A stretch of DNA of 64,000 nt, taken from contig CBDBZU010000004.1 in NCBI GenBank assembly GCA_965213625.1, positions 992,001 through 1,056,000 of the forward strand. Reading direction: 5' to 3'. Each line of letters starts with the position of its first letter. Position 1 is the stretch's first letter. The stretch comes from a bacterium. GTDB lineage: Bacteria; UBA8248. Both the position numbers and the translations under genes were made by a program. The notes beneath the pieces were generated by a model. That model did no database searches and was not told where the DNA came from. It saw only the letters and a program-made list of their open reading frames with translations. This document shows positions 30,867 through 39,384 of this stretch, in pieces.

Positions 30867-31493
30867 ATGAGAATCCAAAACGCGCAATTCATCACAAGCG
30901 CCGCCGATCGTGGAGGCTGGCCGAGGGCGGCGTTGCCCGAGGTCGCCTTTGCAGGCAGGAGCAACGTCGGGAAATCCTCGCTCATCAATTTCCTGACCAA
31001 CCGCAAGAACCTGGCCAAGACGAGCGCTACGCCGGGCAAGACGCAGCTCGTCAATTTTTTTGAAGTGGATGATCGCTTCAATCTCGTGGATTTGCCGGGC
31101 TATGGCTACGCGAAGGTGCCGCTCGTCGAAAGGGCCCGCTGGCGGCCGATGATCGAGACCTATCTCGAGCACCGCGAAACGCTCCAGGGCGTGGTGGTGC
31201 TCATCGATTCGCGCCGCGGAGCGCGGGAGATGGACCTGCACCTGCTCGAATGGCTCGCGGCGGTGAATCTGCCGGCCTGTCTGGCGCTCACGAAGGCGGA
31301 CAAGCTGAAGCAAAACGAGCGCAAAGGCGTTCTGGACGCGCTCGTGAAAACCATGGTCGACGGCGGCGGATTGTACGGTCACTGGTCCGGCCCGATTCTC
31401 TGCAGCGCGAACACGGGGCTCGGCAAGCGGGAGATTCTCGCCCAGATGGCCGAGTGGCTGAGCGAGCCGCCCCGCGACGCGCCCGCCGCATAA
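30867..31493 (+). CDS. engB: Ribosome biogenesis GTPase YihA/YsxC
   Basis: EVAFAGRSNVGKSSLIN, TPGKTQ, VDLPGYGYAK, TKADK. Confidence 0.97.
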   Translation: MRIQNAQFITSAADRGGWPRAALPEVAFAGRSNVGKSSLINFLTNRKNLAKTSATPGKTQLVNFFEVDDRFNLVDLPGYGYAKVPLVERARWRPMIETYLEHRETLQGVVVLIDSRRGAREMDLHLLEWLAAVNLPACLALTKADKLKQNERKGVLDALVKTMVDGGGLYGHWSGPILCSANTGLGKREILAQMAEWLSEPPRDAPAA

Positions 31494-31616
31494 ATTCCGA
31501 AGGGGAGGATTCTCGCAGCATGCGCGCATATCTGCTAGAGTGGGCCATCGACCGCCTGAAAGAGCGTTCCGACAAAAAAACAGCACCTTTGCGCGATACA
31601 TCACCTGAGGACGAGC

Positions 31617-32624
31617 GTGCCGGAAAAGAAAAAAGCGGCTCCGAAAGCAGCCAGGAAGAAAGCGGCGAAGCCAAAACCAAAAGCTGACGTGCGCGGCTGG
31701 GCGCCGGGGGTTCCAAAGGAAAAGCCGAAAGGCAGAACCTATGACGGCCCCTTGAACGTGAACGCGAAACCCAAGCGGGCGGACAGGATTTTCTTCGGCA
31801 CGGGCGGGGTTCCGCATTCGGCCAAGCCGCAGACCCACCCGGCGGCGGTGCGCAGGCTTCACGAGCTGGGCCTGGGCGTCTACGAGATGGAATTCGTCCA
31901 CGGCGTGCGCATCCGCGAGGAGACCTGCGAAGAGGTGATGGCCGCCCAGGCCGAGACGGGCGTTCAGGTCACCGCGCACGGGCCCTATTACGTGAACCTC
32001 TATTCGCTGGAAGAGGAAAAGGTGGCGGCGAGCAGAAAGCGCGTGCTCGACACCGCGCGCGCCCTGGCGAAGTGCGGGGGTGACGGCGCGTGTTTTCACC
32101 CCGGCTTCTACCAGAAACGAGACCCGAAAGAGGTCTACGACTTCATCTGCAACCAGATAGGAGAGCTCGCCGACATTCTGGAGGATGAGGGTTGTCCGGT
32201 GCGTCTCGACCCGGAGACGACGGGTAAGGGCACGCAGTTCGGCTCGCTCGAGGAAATCGCCGATATGGGCGGCGATCTCAAGGGCAAGAACATCGGCTTC
32301 ACGATAGATTTTGCGCACATTCACGCGCGCTCGGCGGGAGCGCACAACACGTATGACGAGTTCGGCGCGCAACTCGAACTCCTCAAGAACAGGATGGGCG
32401 ACGACGTTCTCAAGACCATGCACATCCACCTCTCGGGCATCGCGTATTCTGACAAGGGCGAGGCGCATCATCTCGAACTCGACGAGTCGGACATGAATTA
32501 CAAGGACCTCTTCCGCGCGCTCATCGATTTCGGCGCCGAGGGCCGGGTGGTGTGCGAGAGCCCGGCGCTCGAATACGACGCGCTCATCATGCAGAAAGCA
32601 TACAGAAAGCTGAACGGCGGCTAG
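31617..32624 (+). CDS. Endonuclease IV-like TIM-barrel AP endonuclease with Lys/Ala/Pro-rich N-terminal tail
   Basis: EMEFVHGV, HGPYYVNL, FHPGFY, PETTGK..QFGSLEE, DFAHIHAR, HIHLSGI.Y..KGE..H, CESP. Confidence 0.85.
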   Translation: MPEKKKAAPKAARKKAAKPKPKADVRGWAPGVPKEKPKGRTYDGPLNVNAKPKRADRIFFGTGGVPHSAKPQTHPAAVRRLHELGLGVYEMEFVHGVRIREETCEEVMAAQAETGVQVTAHGPYYVNLYSLEEEKVAASRKRVLDTARALAKCGGDGACFHPGFYQKRDPKEVYDFICNQIGELADILEDEGCPVRLDPETTGKGTQFGSLEEIADMGGDLKGKNIGFTIDFAHIHARSAGAHNTYDEFGAQLELLKNRMGDDVLKTMHIHLSGIAYSDKGEAHHLELDESDMNYKDLFRALIDFGAEGRVVCESPALEYDALIMQKAYRKLNGG

Positions 32625-32677
32625 CCCGCTCGATGAGAATTCCCCACTAAAAACCGGTTCTACGAAGGAGCAAGATA

Positions 32678-34048
32678 ATGACGATTGTGGAACAGATTGC
32701 GGCGTTCGCCGCGAACAGCAGTTTCGATGATCTCTCCGAAGAGATGCGTGGGCAGGTAAAAATGCTCATGGTCGACACCATCGGCTGCGCCATCGGTTCG
32801 CTGGGCGAAGGCCCCATGCGCCACCTGCGCGAGCAGGCGGATGATTTCGGAGGCGCTGCGCACTGCACGCTCATCGGCGGCGGCAAGAGCGCGCCCGACG
32901 CCGCCGCGTTCTACAACACCTCACTCATCCGCTATCTCGATTTCAACGACGGATTCATGGGCAACCTCGCCACCTCGCACCCGAGCGACAACACGGGCGC
33001 CGTGATGGCGGCGGCCGAATACGCCGACGCGAGCGGAGCGGAGTTCATGACGGCGCTTGCGCTCTCGTACGAGGTGCAGTGCCGCCTTTGCGACAGCGCG
33101 CCCTATGAGAAAAGAGGCTTCGACCAGCCCATGGCGGGGGCATACGCCGTGGCGGCGGGAACATCGCGCGCCCTGGGGCTGGATGCCGAGAAGACGGCCA
33201 ATGCGGTCGCGATCAGCGGCGTGCGCCAGAACCCCCTGCTCATCACGCGCACGGGCGAACTCTCCCACTGGAAGGGCTTCGCCTATGCGGCTGGCTGCCA
33301 CAGCGGGGTGCACTCGACGTTTCTGGCCATGCGCGGGGTGACGGGGCCGCTCAAGTTGATAGAAGGCCCTCTGGGTGTTTTCGAGTCCGTGACGGGCGAG
33401 TTCGAGGTCGACTGGTCGGATACTTCTTTGAGCAAGATGCTCGAAATAAGCGTGAAGCGCTACAACGCGGGCCTCCATTCCCAGACGGCCATCGAGGGCG
33501 TCATCGACATGAAACGCGAGCATGGCTTCAGTCCAGAGGATATCGAAGACATCGAGATCGGCATCTATGAGCGCGCCTATTTCATCATGGGCGAGGGCAA
33601 GGCGGGCGCGCGCGAGCACGTGCTGAACAAGGAGACGGCGGACCACAGCCTCCCCTACGTGCTCTCCGCCGCCATCATCGACGAGCAGGTCCTGCCCGCC
33701 CAGTACGAGGAAGCGAGAATCCGCTCGGACGACGTGCAGGCGCTGCTCAAGAAGGTGCGCACCACCAACTCCGATGAGATGACGGCCAGGTATCCCGCGC
33801 AGTCGCCCGTGCTCATCACCATCACGCTCAAGAACGGCGCCGTCCACAAGATGGACAAGCCCACCTGGGAGGGGCATTTCTCCACGCCGATGAGCTGGGC
33901 GACGGTGAACGAGAAGTTCGAGGCGTTGAGCGAAGCGCACACGGACGCCTCCTTGCGCGGTGAGATTGTGGACGCCGTATCGAGGCTCGACTCGATCCGG
34001 ATCAAGGAGCTGGCCGCACTGCTCGAGCGGGTGAACACGCCGAGGTAG
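32678..34048 (+). CDS. MmgE/PrpD family protein
   Basis: AAFYN..LIRYLDFND, HPSDN, GELSHWKG, ETADHSLPY. Confidence 0.92.
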   Translation: MTIVEQIAAFAANSSFDDLSEEMRGQVKMLMVDTIGCAIGSLGEGPMRHLREQADDFGGAAHCTLIGGGKSAPDAAAFYNTSLIRYLDFNDGFMGNLATSHPSDNTGAVMAAAEYADASGAEFMTALALSYEVQCRLCDSAPYEKRGFDQPMAGAYAVAAGTSRALGLDAEKTANAVAISGVRQNPLLITRTGELSHWKGFAYAAGCHSGVHSTFLAMRGVTGPLKLIEGPLGVFESVTGEFEVDWSDTSLSKMLEISVKRYNAGLHSQTAIEGVIDMKREHGFSPEDIEDIEIGIYERAYFIMGEGKAGAREHVLNKETADHSLPYVLSAAIIDEQVLPAQYEEARIRSDDVQALLKKVRTTNSDEMTARYPAQSPVLITITLKNGAVHKMDKPTWEGHFSTPMSWATVNEKFEALSEAHTDASLRGEIVDAVSRLDSIRIKELAALLERVNTPR

Positions 34049-34133
34049 CGCAAAACTCCCACGGGAACGATATTGATAATAACGCGCGCCCAGAAGCCCG
34101 GGCGGCGCACAACGGCTTCAAGGGAGACTCAAG

Positions 34134-34379
34134 ATGTCCGATAAGGAAGTGACGGTCTATTCGTCCACGTTCTGAGCGCCGTGCAAGGCGGTGAAAGAGT
34201 TTCTTTCCCATCATGGCGTGGCGTACACGGAAAAACTCGTCGATCAGGACGAAGCAGCTCTGGAGGAACTCTTCCAGAGAGCGGAGATGCGGGCCACGCC
34301 CGTGATTTTCATCGGCGAGGAGAAGGTGGTCGGCTTCGACAGGGCGAAGCTCCAGGCGCTTTTGGGGCTCGCCGCGTGA
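34134..34379 (+). CDS. Glutaredoxin/NrdH-like selenoprotein (UxxC; Sec at TGA 34173-34175), 81 aa
   Basis: GGGAG RBS and ATG; reads MSDKEVTVYSSTF-U-APCKAVKEFLSHHGV..ATPVIFIG..VVGFD. The UGA sits exactly at the first Cys of the Grx CxxC motif and is followed by a hairpin. Confidence 0.88.
34176..34219 (+). promoter_or_regulatory. Putative bacterial SECIS element
   Basis: Lower stem GCGCCGTG/CATGGCGT, upper stem GAAAGA-GTT-TCTTTC with G first in the loop, about 24 nt after the UGA. Confidence 0.6.
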
Positions 34380-34675
34380 GCGAGAGGCGAAAGACGCTTC
34401 CCTGCCACGGCTGAGGGCAGCGCATACCCGTCCCGTGGGACGCGAAGCCGCGCGACCTCATCGATTGCGGCAACTGAGCGGGGGTCAGGTTTCGCCTGGG
34501 CCGGGCGGAGGGGACGGAGGTGCTCACCGTCGTACAAATGGTCTCATGCCCTGTTTGCGGCGAGCGCATCCCGGTGGATGGGGATACCTCCGCAGGAACA
34601 ATCGTGGAGCACGACGGAAAAAGGCTTTGCCTGGAGAAGGAATTCGGCGCGTTCGTTCTGGAACCTGCGGAATAG
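34376..34675 (+). CDS. Tandem zinc-ribbon-like protein with two in-frame UGA (CxxU twice, plus CxxC), 99 aa
   Basis: GTGA overlap with the Grx stop; MSERRKTLPCHG-U-GQRIPVPWDAKPRDLIDCGN-U-AGVRFRL..VSCPVCGERIPV..EHDGKRLCLEKEFGAFVLEPAE; TGA at 34412 and 34475. The internal repeat aligns U13 with C61. Confidence 0.78.
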
Positions 34676-34701
34676 GGGCTATTGATAAACCCCTTGCGGG
34701 G

Positions 34702-34730
34702 TTGGCACGGGGTGGGGCGGGTGTTAGAAT
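34702..34730 (+). promoter_or_regulatory. Sigma70-type promoter upstream of trxB
   Basis: TTGGCA-N17-TAGAAT with TG extension. Confidence 0.5.
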
Positions 34731-34804
34731 CTGCGCGGTTTTTTGGGCACGATCAATCGGCATCACTTCTTTTCGTCGCCTTTCCTTAGTTCTGGAGATT
34801 CGTA

Positions 34805-35761
34805 GTGGCTGAGCGGGATTTCGACATCATCATCATCGGAGCGGGACCGGCCGGACTGACGGCGGGGCTTTACACGGCGCGCTCGAAGCTGAACGTGGTC
34901 TGCTATGAAAAGCTCGCGCCCGGCGGCGAGATTCTCAACACCGAGCACGTGGAAGACTACCCGGGCTTCGAACTGGTCGGCGGCCAGGAATTGGCGGCCA
35001 AGTTCACCGATCACGCCATGAAATTCGGCCTCAATATAGAGATGGAAGAAGTATCCGAAGTCCGCAAGGACGGGGATGATTTCGTCGTCGTCACCGATAT
35101 GGGCGAGCGCCGCTGCGGCGCCGTGATCTACACGCCCGGCGGTTATCCGAAAAAACTCGGCATTCCGGGCGAGGAGAAATACGCCGGCAAGGGCGTGAGC
35201 TACTGCGCGCTGTGCGACGGCGCGTTCTTCCAGGACGAGGTCATCACCGTAATCGGCGGCGGGAACAGCGCCGTGGAAGAGGGGCAGTTCCTCACGAAGT
35301 TCGGCACGAAGGTCTACATCATCCATCGCCGCGATCAGTTCCGCGCCCATGCGGTGCTGGTGGACAAGATTCGCGAGAACCCGAAAGTGGAGATCATCAC
35401 CGATTTCGTACCCGAAGAAGTGGTGGGCGACGACCGGGAGATGAAGAAGCTTCGCATCAAAAACGTGAAGACGGACGAGACGCAGGAGATCGATGCCACG
35501 GGCCTGTTCGTCTTCATCGGTTTTATTCCGAACACGGATTTGATAAAAGATCACGTAGAAAAAGACGACGCAGGCTTCATCTTGACGGACCAGAACATGG
35601 AGACGAACGTTCCGGGCCTGTTCGTGGCCGGTGATTGCAGAAGCCAGCTGATTCGCCAGATTACCAACGCGTCGGGCGATGCGACGACGGCGGCGGTGGC
35701 GGCCGAGAAATATCTCGAAGCCCAGGAAGAGGCCAAGAAGGCCGCGGCAGCGGCTTCCTAG
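34805..35761 (+). CDS. trxB: Thioredoxin reductase
   Basis: IIGAGPAGLTA, GKGVSYCALCDG, IGGGNSAVEE, HRRDQFRA, FVAGD, QIT.A.GD. Confidence 0.95.
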   Translation: MAERDFDIIIIGAGPAGLTAGLYTARSKLNVVCYEKLAPGGEILNTEHVEDYPGFELVGGQELAAKFTDHAMKFGLNIEMEEVSEVRKDGDDFVVVTDMGERRCGAVIYTPGGYPKKLGIPGEEKYAGKGVSYCALCDGAFFQDEVITVIGGGNSAVEEGQFLTKFGTKVYIIHRRDQFRAHAVLVDKIRENPKVEIITDFVPEEVVGDDREMKKLRIKNVKTDETQEIDATGLFVFIGFIPNTDLIKDHVEKDDAGFILTDQNMETNVPGLFVAGDCRSQLIRQITNASGDATTAAVAAEKYLEAQEEAKKAAAAAS

Positions 35762-35783
35762 AGCACAAGGCGAGGAGAGGGAA

Positions 35784-36332
35784 ATGGGGTTCACCAGGGG
35801 GATTCAGAAGTTCTTTCTCTGGGATATCGTGAAGGGCATGTCCGCCACGCTGCGGCATATGTTCAAGAAGCCCGTCACGCTTCAATACCCGACGGAGCGC
35901 TGGGAGCCGCCCGAGCGTTTTCGCGGATTTCTGGGTCTCACGCGCGATTTCAAGACGGGCGAGGAGCTTTGCATCGGCTGCCTGAACTGCGAGAAGGCCT
36001 GTCCGGTGGACTGCATCACCATCGTCACGGCGGGCAAGGGCCGCGAGATGTACGCCAAGGAATTCTATATCGACTACATGCGGTGCATGTACTGCGGGCT
36101 TTGCACCGAGGCGTGCCCCACGACGCCCAAATCCATCGTTCATACCCATCAGTACGAGACGCCCGGCTATTTCCGGGAAGATCTCGTGTATGAAAAAGAA
36201 CGCCTCTACGACGTCTGGGAAAAAGAGGTGAACTACACCGGCCCCAGGCCCTGGGGCAAGCTGTTCGGCCTCAGGAACGAAGAGGCGGACATGCGGCCTG
36301 AAGCTCCTGCCGAGACGGCGCCCGCCGAATAG
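35784..36332 (+). CDS. nuoI: NADH-quinone oxidoreductase subunit I-like 2[4Fe-4S] protein (orphan)
   Basis: KGM..TLRHMFKKPVTLQYP, RFRG, CIGCLNCEKACP, IDYMRCMYCGLCTEACP. Confidence 0.85.
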   Translation: MGFTRGIQKFFLWDIVKGMSATLRHMFKKPVTLQYPTERWEPPERFRGFLGLTRDFKTGEELCIGCLNCEKACPVDCITIVTAGKGREMYAKEFYIDYMRCMYCGLCTEACPTTPKSIVHTHQYETPGYFREDLVYEKERLYDVWEKEVNYTGPRPWGKLFGLRNEEADMRPEAPAETAPAE

Positions 36333-36357
36333 CGGGTCTCCCTGGCGGAATCCTCTT

Positions 36358-37530
36358 TTGAGTCTTTTCACCGCCGATTTCGACGATATCCGTTCGGGCA
36401 AAGTGACGGACGTCTATTTCGAACGGACCCTCAAGATTCTCGAAGCCAAAGGCATCAGAAAGAACGTGCGCGCGGAATTCGCGGCCAAGTCCCTCCCGGG
36501 CGGCTGGGGCGTGTTCACGGGCCTGGAGGAAATCCTGCGCCTGCTTGAAGGATTCCCCGTAGACGTTCGCGCCGTGCCCGAGGGGACGGTTTTCGGGCCC
36601 GCCCAGCCCGTTCTGGAAATTACGGGGACCTACAACGATTTCTGCAGGCTGGAGACGCCCATCCTGGGGCTGATGTGCCAGGCGAGCGGCGTCGCCACCA
36701 AGGCGGCGCGGTGTCGCATCGCCGCGGAGGGCAGGCAGCTCGTGAGCTTCGGCGCGCGGCGGATGCACCCCGCCATCGCGCCGATGGTCGAGCGCGCGGC
36801 CTACGTGGGCGGCTGCGACGGCGTGGCGCTGGTGAAGGGAGCGGAGCTTCTGGAAATTCCGGCGGCGGGCACGATGCCACACGCGCTGGTGATACTCATG
36901 GGCGGCCTCGTGCCTGCGGCGAAGGCGTTCGATGAGGTCATCGAGCCGGAGGTGGGCCGCGTAGCGCTGGTGGACACGTTCGCGGACGAGAGGTTCGAAA
37001 CCCTGGAGGCGGCGCGCGCGCTGACGGACAGGCTCTGGGCCGTACGGGTGGATACGCCGGCATCAAGGCGTGGGAACCTCTATGAGATTCTCGAGGAAAT
37101 CCGCTGGGAACTCGACCGGGCGGGTTTCCCGAACGTGAAGCTATTCGTGAGCGGGGGATTGAGCGAGGAGAAGATTCTGGAACTGAACCCCGTGGTGGAC
37201 GGCGGCTACGGGGTGGGCACTTCCGTCAGCGCGGCGGCCACTATCGATTTTTCGATGGACATCGTCGAGGTGGACGGCGAGGCTATCGCCAAGCGCGGCA
37301 AGCGCCCCGGCGCGAAGCACCTGCTGCGCTGCCGCGATTGCGGAAAGGAGCGCGTCATCCCCATCGACAAGCCCTACGGGGATTGCGCGTCGTGCGGCGG
37401 CGTAGTGGAGCAACTGCTCGCCGACGTAATGAAAGGCGGCGAGCGGATGGACGCTGCGCCTTCGGCGAAGGAGATCAGAAGCTACGTTTTACGCCAGATC
37501 CACCGGGTGAGCCTGGATTCATCCTCATGA
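36358..37530 (+). CDS. pncB: Nicotinate phosphoribosyltransferase with C-terminal Zn-ribbon
   Basis: TDVYF.RT, ETPILG, SFGARRMHP, GTMPHAL, LVDTF, VRVDTP.SRRG, GYGVGT, CRDC..CASC. Confidence 0.88.
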   Translation: MSLFTADFDDIRSGKVTDVYFERTLKILEAKGIRKNVRAEFAAKSLPGGWGVFTGLEEILRLLEGFPVDVRAVPEGTVFGPAQPVLEITGTYNDFCRLETPILGLMCQASGVATKAARCRIAAEGRQLVSFGARRMHPAIAPMVERAAYVGGCDGVALVKGAELLEIPAAGTMPHALVILMGGLVPAAKAFDEVIEPEVGRVALVDTFADERFETLEAARALTDRLWAVRVDTPASRRGNLYEILEEIRWELDRAGFPNVKLFVSGGLSEEKILELNPVVDGGYGVGTSVSAAATIDFSMDIVEVDGEAIAKRGKRPGAKHLLRCRDCGKERVIPIDKPYGDCASCGGVVEQLLADVMKGGERMDAAPSAKEIRSYVLRQIHRVSLDSSS

Positions 37531-37543
37531 GCGCAGAAAAAGC

Positions 37544-38575
37544 ATGAGTATGGAGCAAACGCAGAAACCGAGCCGCTTTCAGCCTCTAAGAAAATTCCTC
37601 GCACAACACGAGCGCTTCTTGCTTCTCACCCACATCGGACCGGACGGCGACGGCCTCCTCGCGTGCGTCGCGCTGAGCCGCTACCTGAAGTCGATCGGCA
37701 AACACGCCACTGCCGTCACCGAGGACAAGGCGCCCGTATTCGTCGCGCCCTTCGATCCGGAAGGCCTCGTGCGCTCAAGAAAGGATCTCCTCGCACAAGA
37801 GGACTGGGCGGCGCGCTTCGATGCGTGTCTTATCCTCGACACGGGAAAGGCGAGCCGTCTGGGCAGGCTCGAGGAGCCTCTTATGGCCAGCGGACTTCCC
37901 ATGGCCGTCGTGGATCACCACATTAAAGAGGAAGACAACATCGATTGCCCCTCCGTCATCGACGCGCAAGCCGCCGCGGTGGGCGAGATGATCGCGGATT
38001 ACCTGGACGAGGAGGGCTACGCGTTCGACGACCCGCTCATCACCCGCTCTCTCATGGCGGCCCTCGTCTACGACACGGGGCAGTTCCGCTTCACGAACAC
38101 GTCGAAGCGCACGCTGAACTGGGCGGCGCGCCTGGTGGAACTCGGCGCAAGCCCCGGAGAGGCCTACTCGATCTTCTGGGAATCGAACGGCGCGGGATCG
38201 GTGAAGCTGCTGGGCACGCTGATGAGCCGCATGACGCTCGAGTGCGGGGGACGCCTCGCCTGGTTCACCCTGAGCGCACAGGAACTCGACCGCTTCAGGG
38301 TCTCGCGAGACGAGACGGAGGAATATATTTCGGTTCCCCGCTCGATAGAGTCCGTCGAGGTCATCGCCTTTTTGTCCGAACTCGAGAACGGGCGAATCCG
38401 CGTGAGCCTGCGCTCGAAGGGCCGGGTGGAGATTCATGACGTGGCGCGTATGTTCGGCGGCGGCGGCCACGCCTTCGCCGCAGGCGCGCGCATGCGTCCC
38501 CCCCTCGAAGAGGCGGCGAAGCTCATCACCACCGAACTCGCAAAAAAAATCAGAACCTTCCTGGGGCCCGACTAG
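37544..38575 (+). CDS. nrnA: DHH/DHHA1 phosphoesterase (NrnA-like)
   Basis: HIGPDGDG, ILDT, VDHH, DTGQFRF, RVSLRS, GGGGHAFAAG. Confidence 0.9.
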   Translation: MSMEQTQKPSRFQPLRKFLAQHERFLLLTHIGPDGDGLLACVALSRYLKSIGKHATAVTEDKAPVFVAPFDPEGLVRSRKDLLAQEDWAARFDACLILDTGKASRLGRLEEPLMASGLPMAVVDHHIKEEDNIDCPSVIDAQAAAVGEMIADYLDEEGYAFDDPLITRSLMAALVYDTGQFRFTNTSKRTLNWAARLVELGASPGEAYSIFWESNGAGSVKLLGTLMSRMTLECGGRLAWFTLSAQELDRFRVSRDETEEYISVPRSIESVEVIAFLSELENGRIRVSLRSKGRVEIHDVARMFGGGGHAFAAGARMRPPLEEAAKLITTELAKKIRTFLGPD

Positions 38576-38581
38576 CGGCGC

Positions 38582-38959
38582 CTAGACGCCGAACTCCTTG
38601 AACACTTGCAGCGACACGTCCGTCGCGCCTACGGCGTTGGGTGCGCCCGCATAGATTGCGCACACCATGATAATCTCCTGAATTTCTTCTTTCGTCATTC
38701 CGATACGAAGCGCCGCCTTGGCGTGGTACCCGAACTCCCTGTCCCGGCCCAGGGCGCAAAGGACGGAGAGGATGACGGTTTCGCGCATCTTGTCGTCGAT
38801 GCCGTCTCGCGCGTAGAGATCGCCGTACACGGTTTCGGTGACGAACTGCGCGAATGCGGGGCTCGCCTCCGCGAATGCCTGGCGTCTATCTTCACCTTCT
38901 TCACCAAAAATTCTCGCGCGGGTTTTCAGTCCTCTCTCGAGGCGTGTTTCTTCGCTCAT
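38582..38959 (-). CDS. Carboxymuconolactone decarboxylase (CMD) family protein
   Basis: RLERG..TR, YGDLYARDG, RE...LSVLCALG, H.KAALR.G.T.EEI.E..M..AIYAG.P. Confidence 0.88.
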   Translation of the reverse strand: MSEETRLERGLKTRARIFGEEGEDRRQAFAEASPAFAQFVTETVYGDLYARDGIDDKMRETVILSVLCALGRDREFGYHAKAALRIGMTKEEIQEIIMVCAIYAGAPNAVGATDVSLQVFKEFGV

Positions 38960-39119
38960 CAGATCGACCTCCTGTGTCGGGATGGGCGATGCGCCCATCC
39001 GGGATGAATGCGTGCGGGCCTTTCGGGGGCTCGCTGTTGGTTTTGCCGGGAAACTACATGGGGCTTATATTGAATAGCGTATGTAGGAGCGCATTTCCAC
39101 GCCATCAGGGAGATTCGAC

Positions 39120-39371
39120 GTGAAACTGGACGCCGTGAAGTTCGGCCTGGCCGCCGGAATCATCTACGGGGCCATGTTTTTTCTCTACGCCCTTCTGGGC
39201 GCGCTGTTTGGCGTGGGCGGAGAGATGCTGAGGATGATAGGCGATTTCTACCCGGGCGTTTCCCCCACCTACCCGGGCGCGATAATCGGCGCGGCCTGGG
39301 GGTTCGCGATAGGGTTTTTCTTCTTCACGATTCTGGCGTGGATATACAACCGCCTTCTGGGAGAGGGGTAG
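39120..39371 (+). CDS. Small two-TM membrane protein (holin-like/DUF5676-like)
   Basis: FGLAAGI..G, YPG..PT..G.IIG..WGF..G..AWIYN pattern; RBS AGGGAG. Confidence 0.7.
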   Translation: MKLDAVKFGLAAGIIYGAMFFLYALLGALFGVGGEMLRMIGDFYPGVSPTYPGAIIGAAWGFAIGFFFFTILAWIYNRLLGEG

Positions 39372-39384
39372 GCGATTCCTGGCC

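Noticed and set aside
30648-32471. 607-aa minus-strand ORF, and similar long shadows at 25134-26558, 42332-43615, 45035-46432 and 53905-55263
   Set aside because: They overlap well-supported genes on the opposite strand or in another frame; typical high-GC artefacts.
34134-34675. Genome-wide UGA reassignment (code 4/25) as the explanation for the in-frame TGAs
   Set aside because: Many conserved genes end at TGA at their expected C-termini (truD, iscR, rsmI, atpF, atpH, the Grx itself), and Trp is encoded by TGG. The internal TGAs occur only at Cys-equivalent positions.
34702-34720. TTGGCACG as a sigma54 -24 element
   Set aside because: No TTGC at the -12 position; the spacing fits a sigma70 promoter instead.
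34435-34812. ORF-track calls 34435-34812 (+), 34244-34537 (-), 34309-34569 (-) and 34524-34766 (-)
   Set aside because: Arg/Pro-rich nonsense translations; the UGA-readthrough frame 34376-34675 explains the region better.
39120-39371. Holin-like gene as evidence of a prophage
   Set aside because: No endolysin, structural or integrase genes nearby; this small membrane family is common outside phages.
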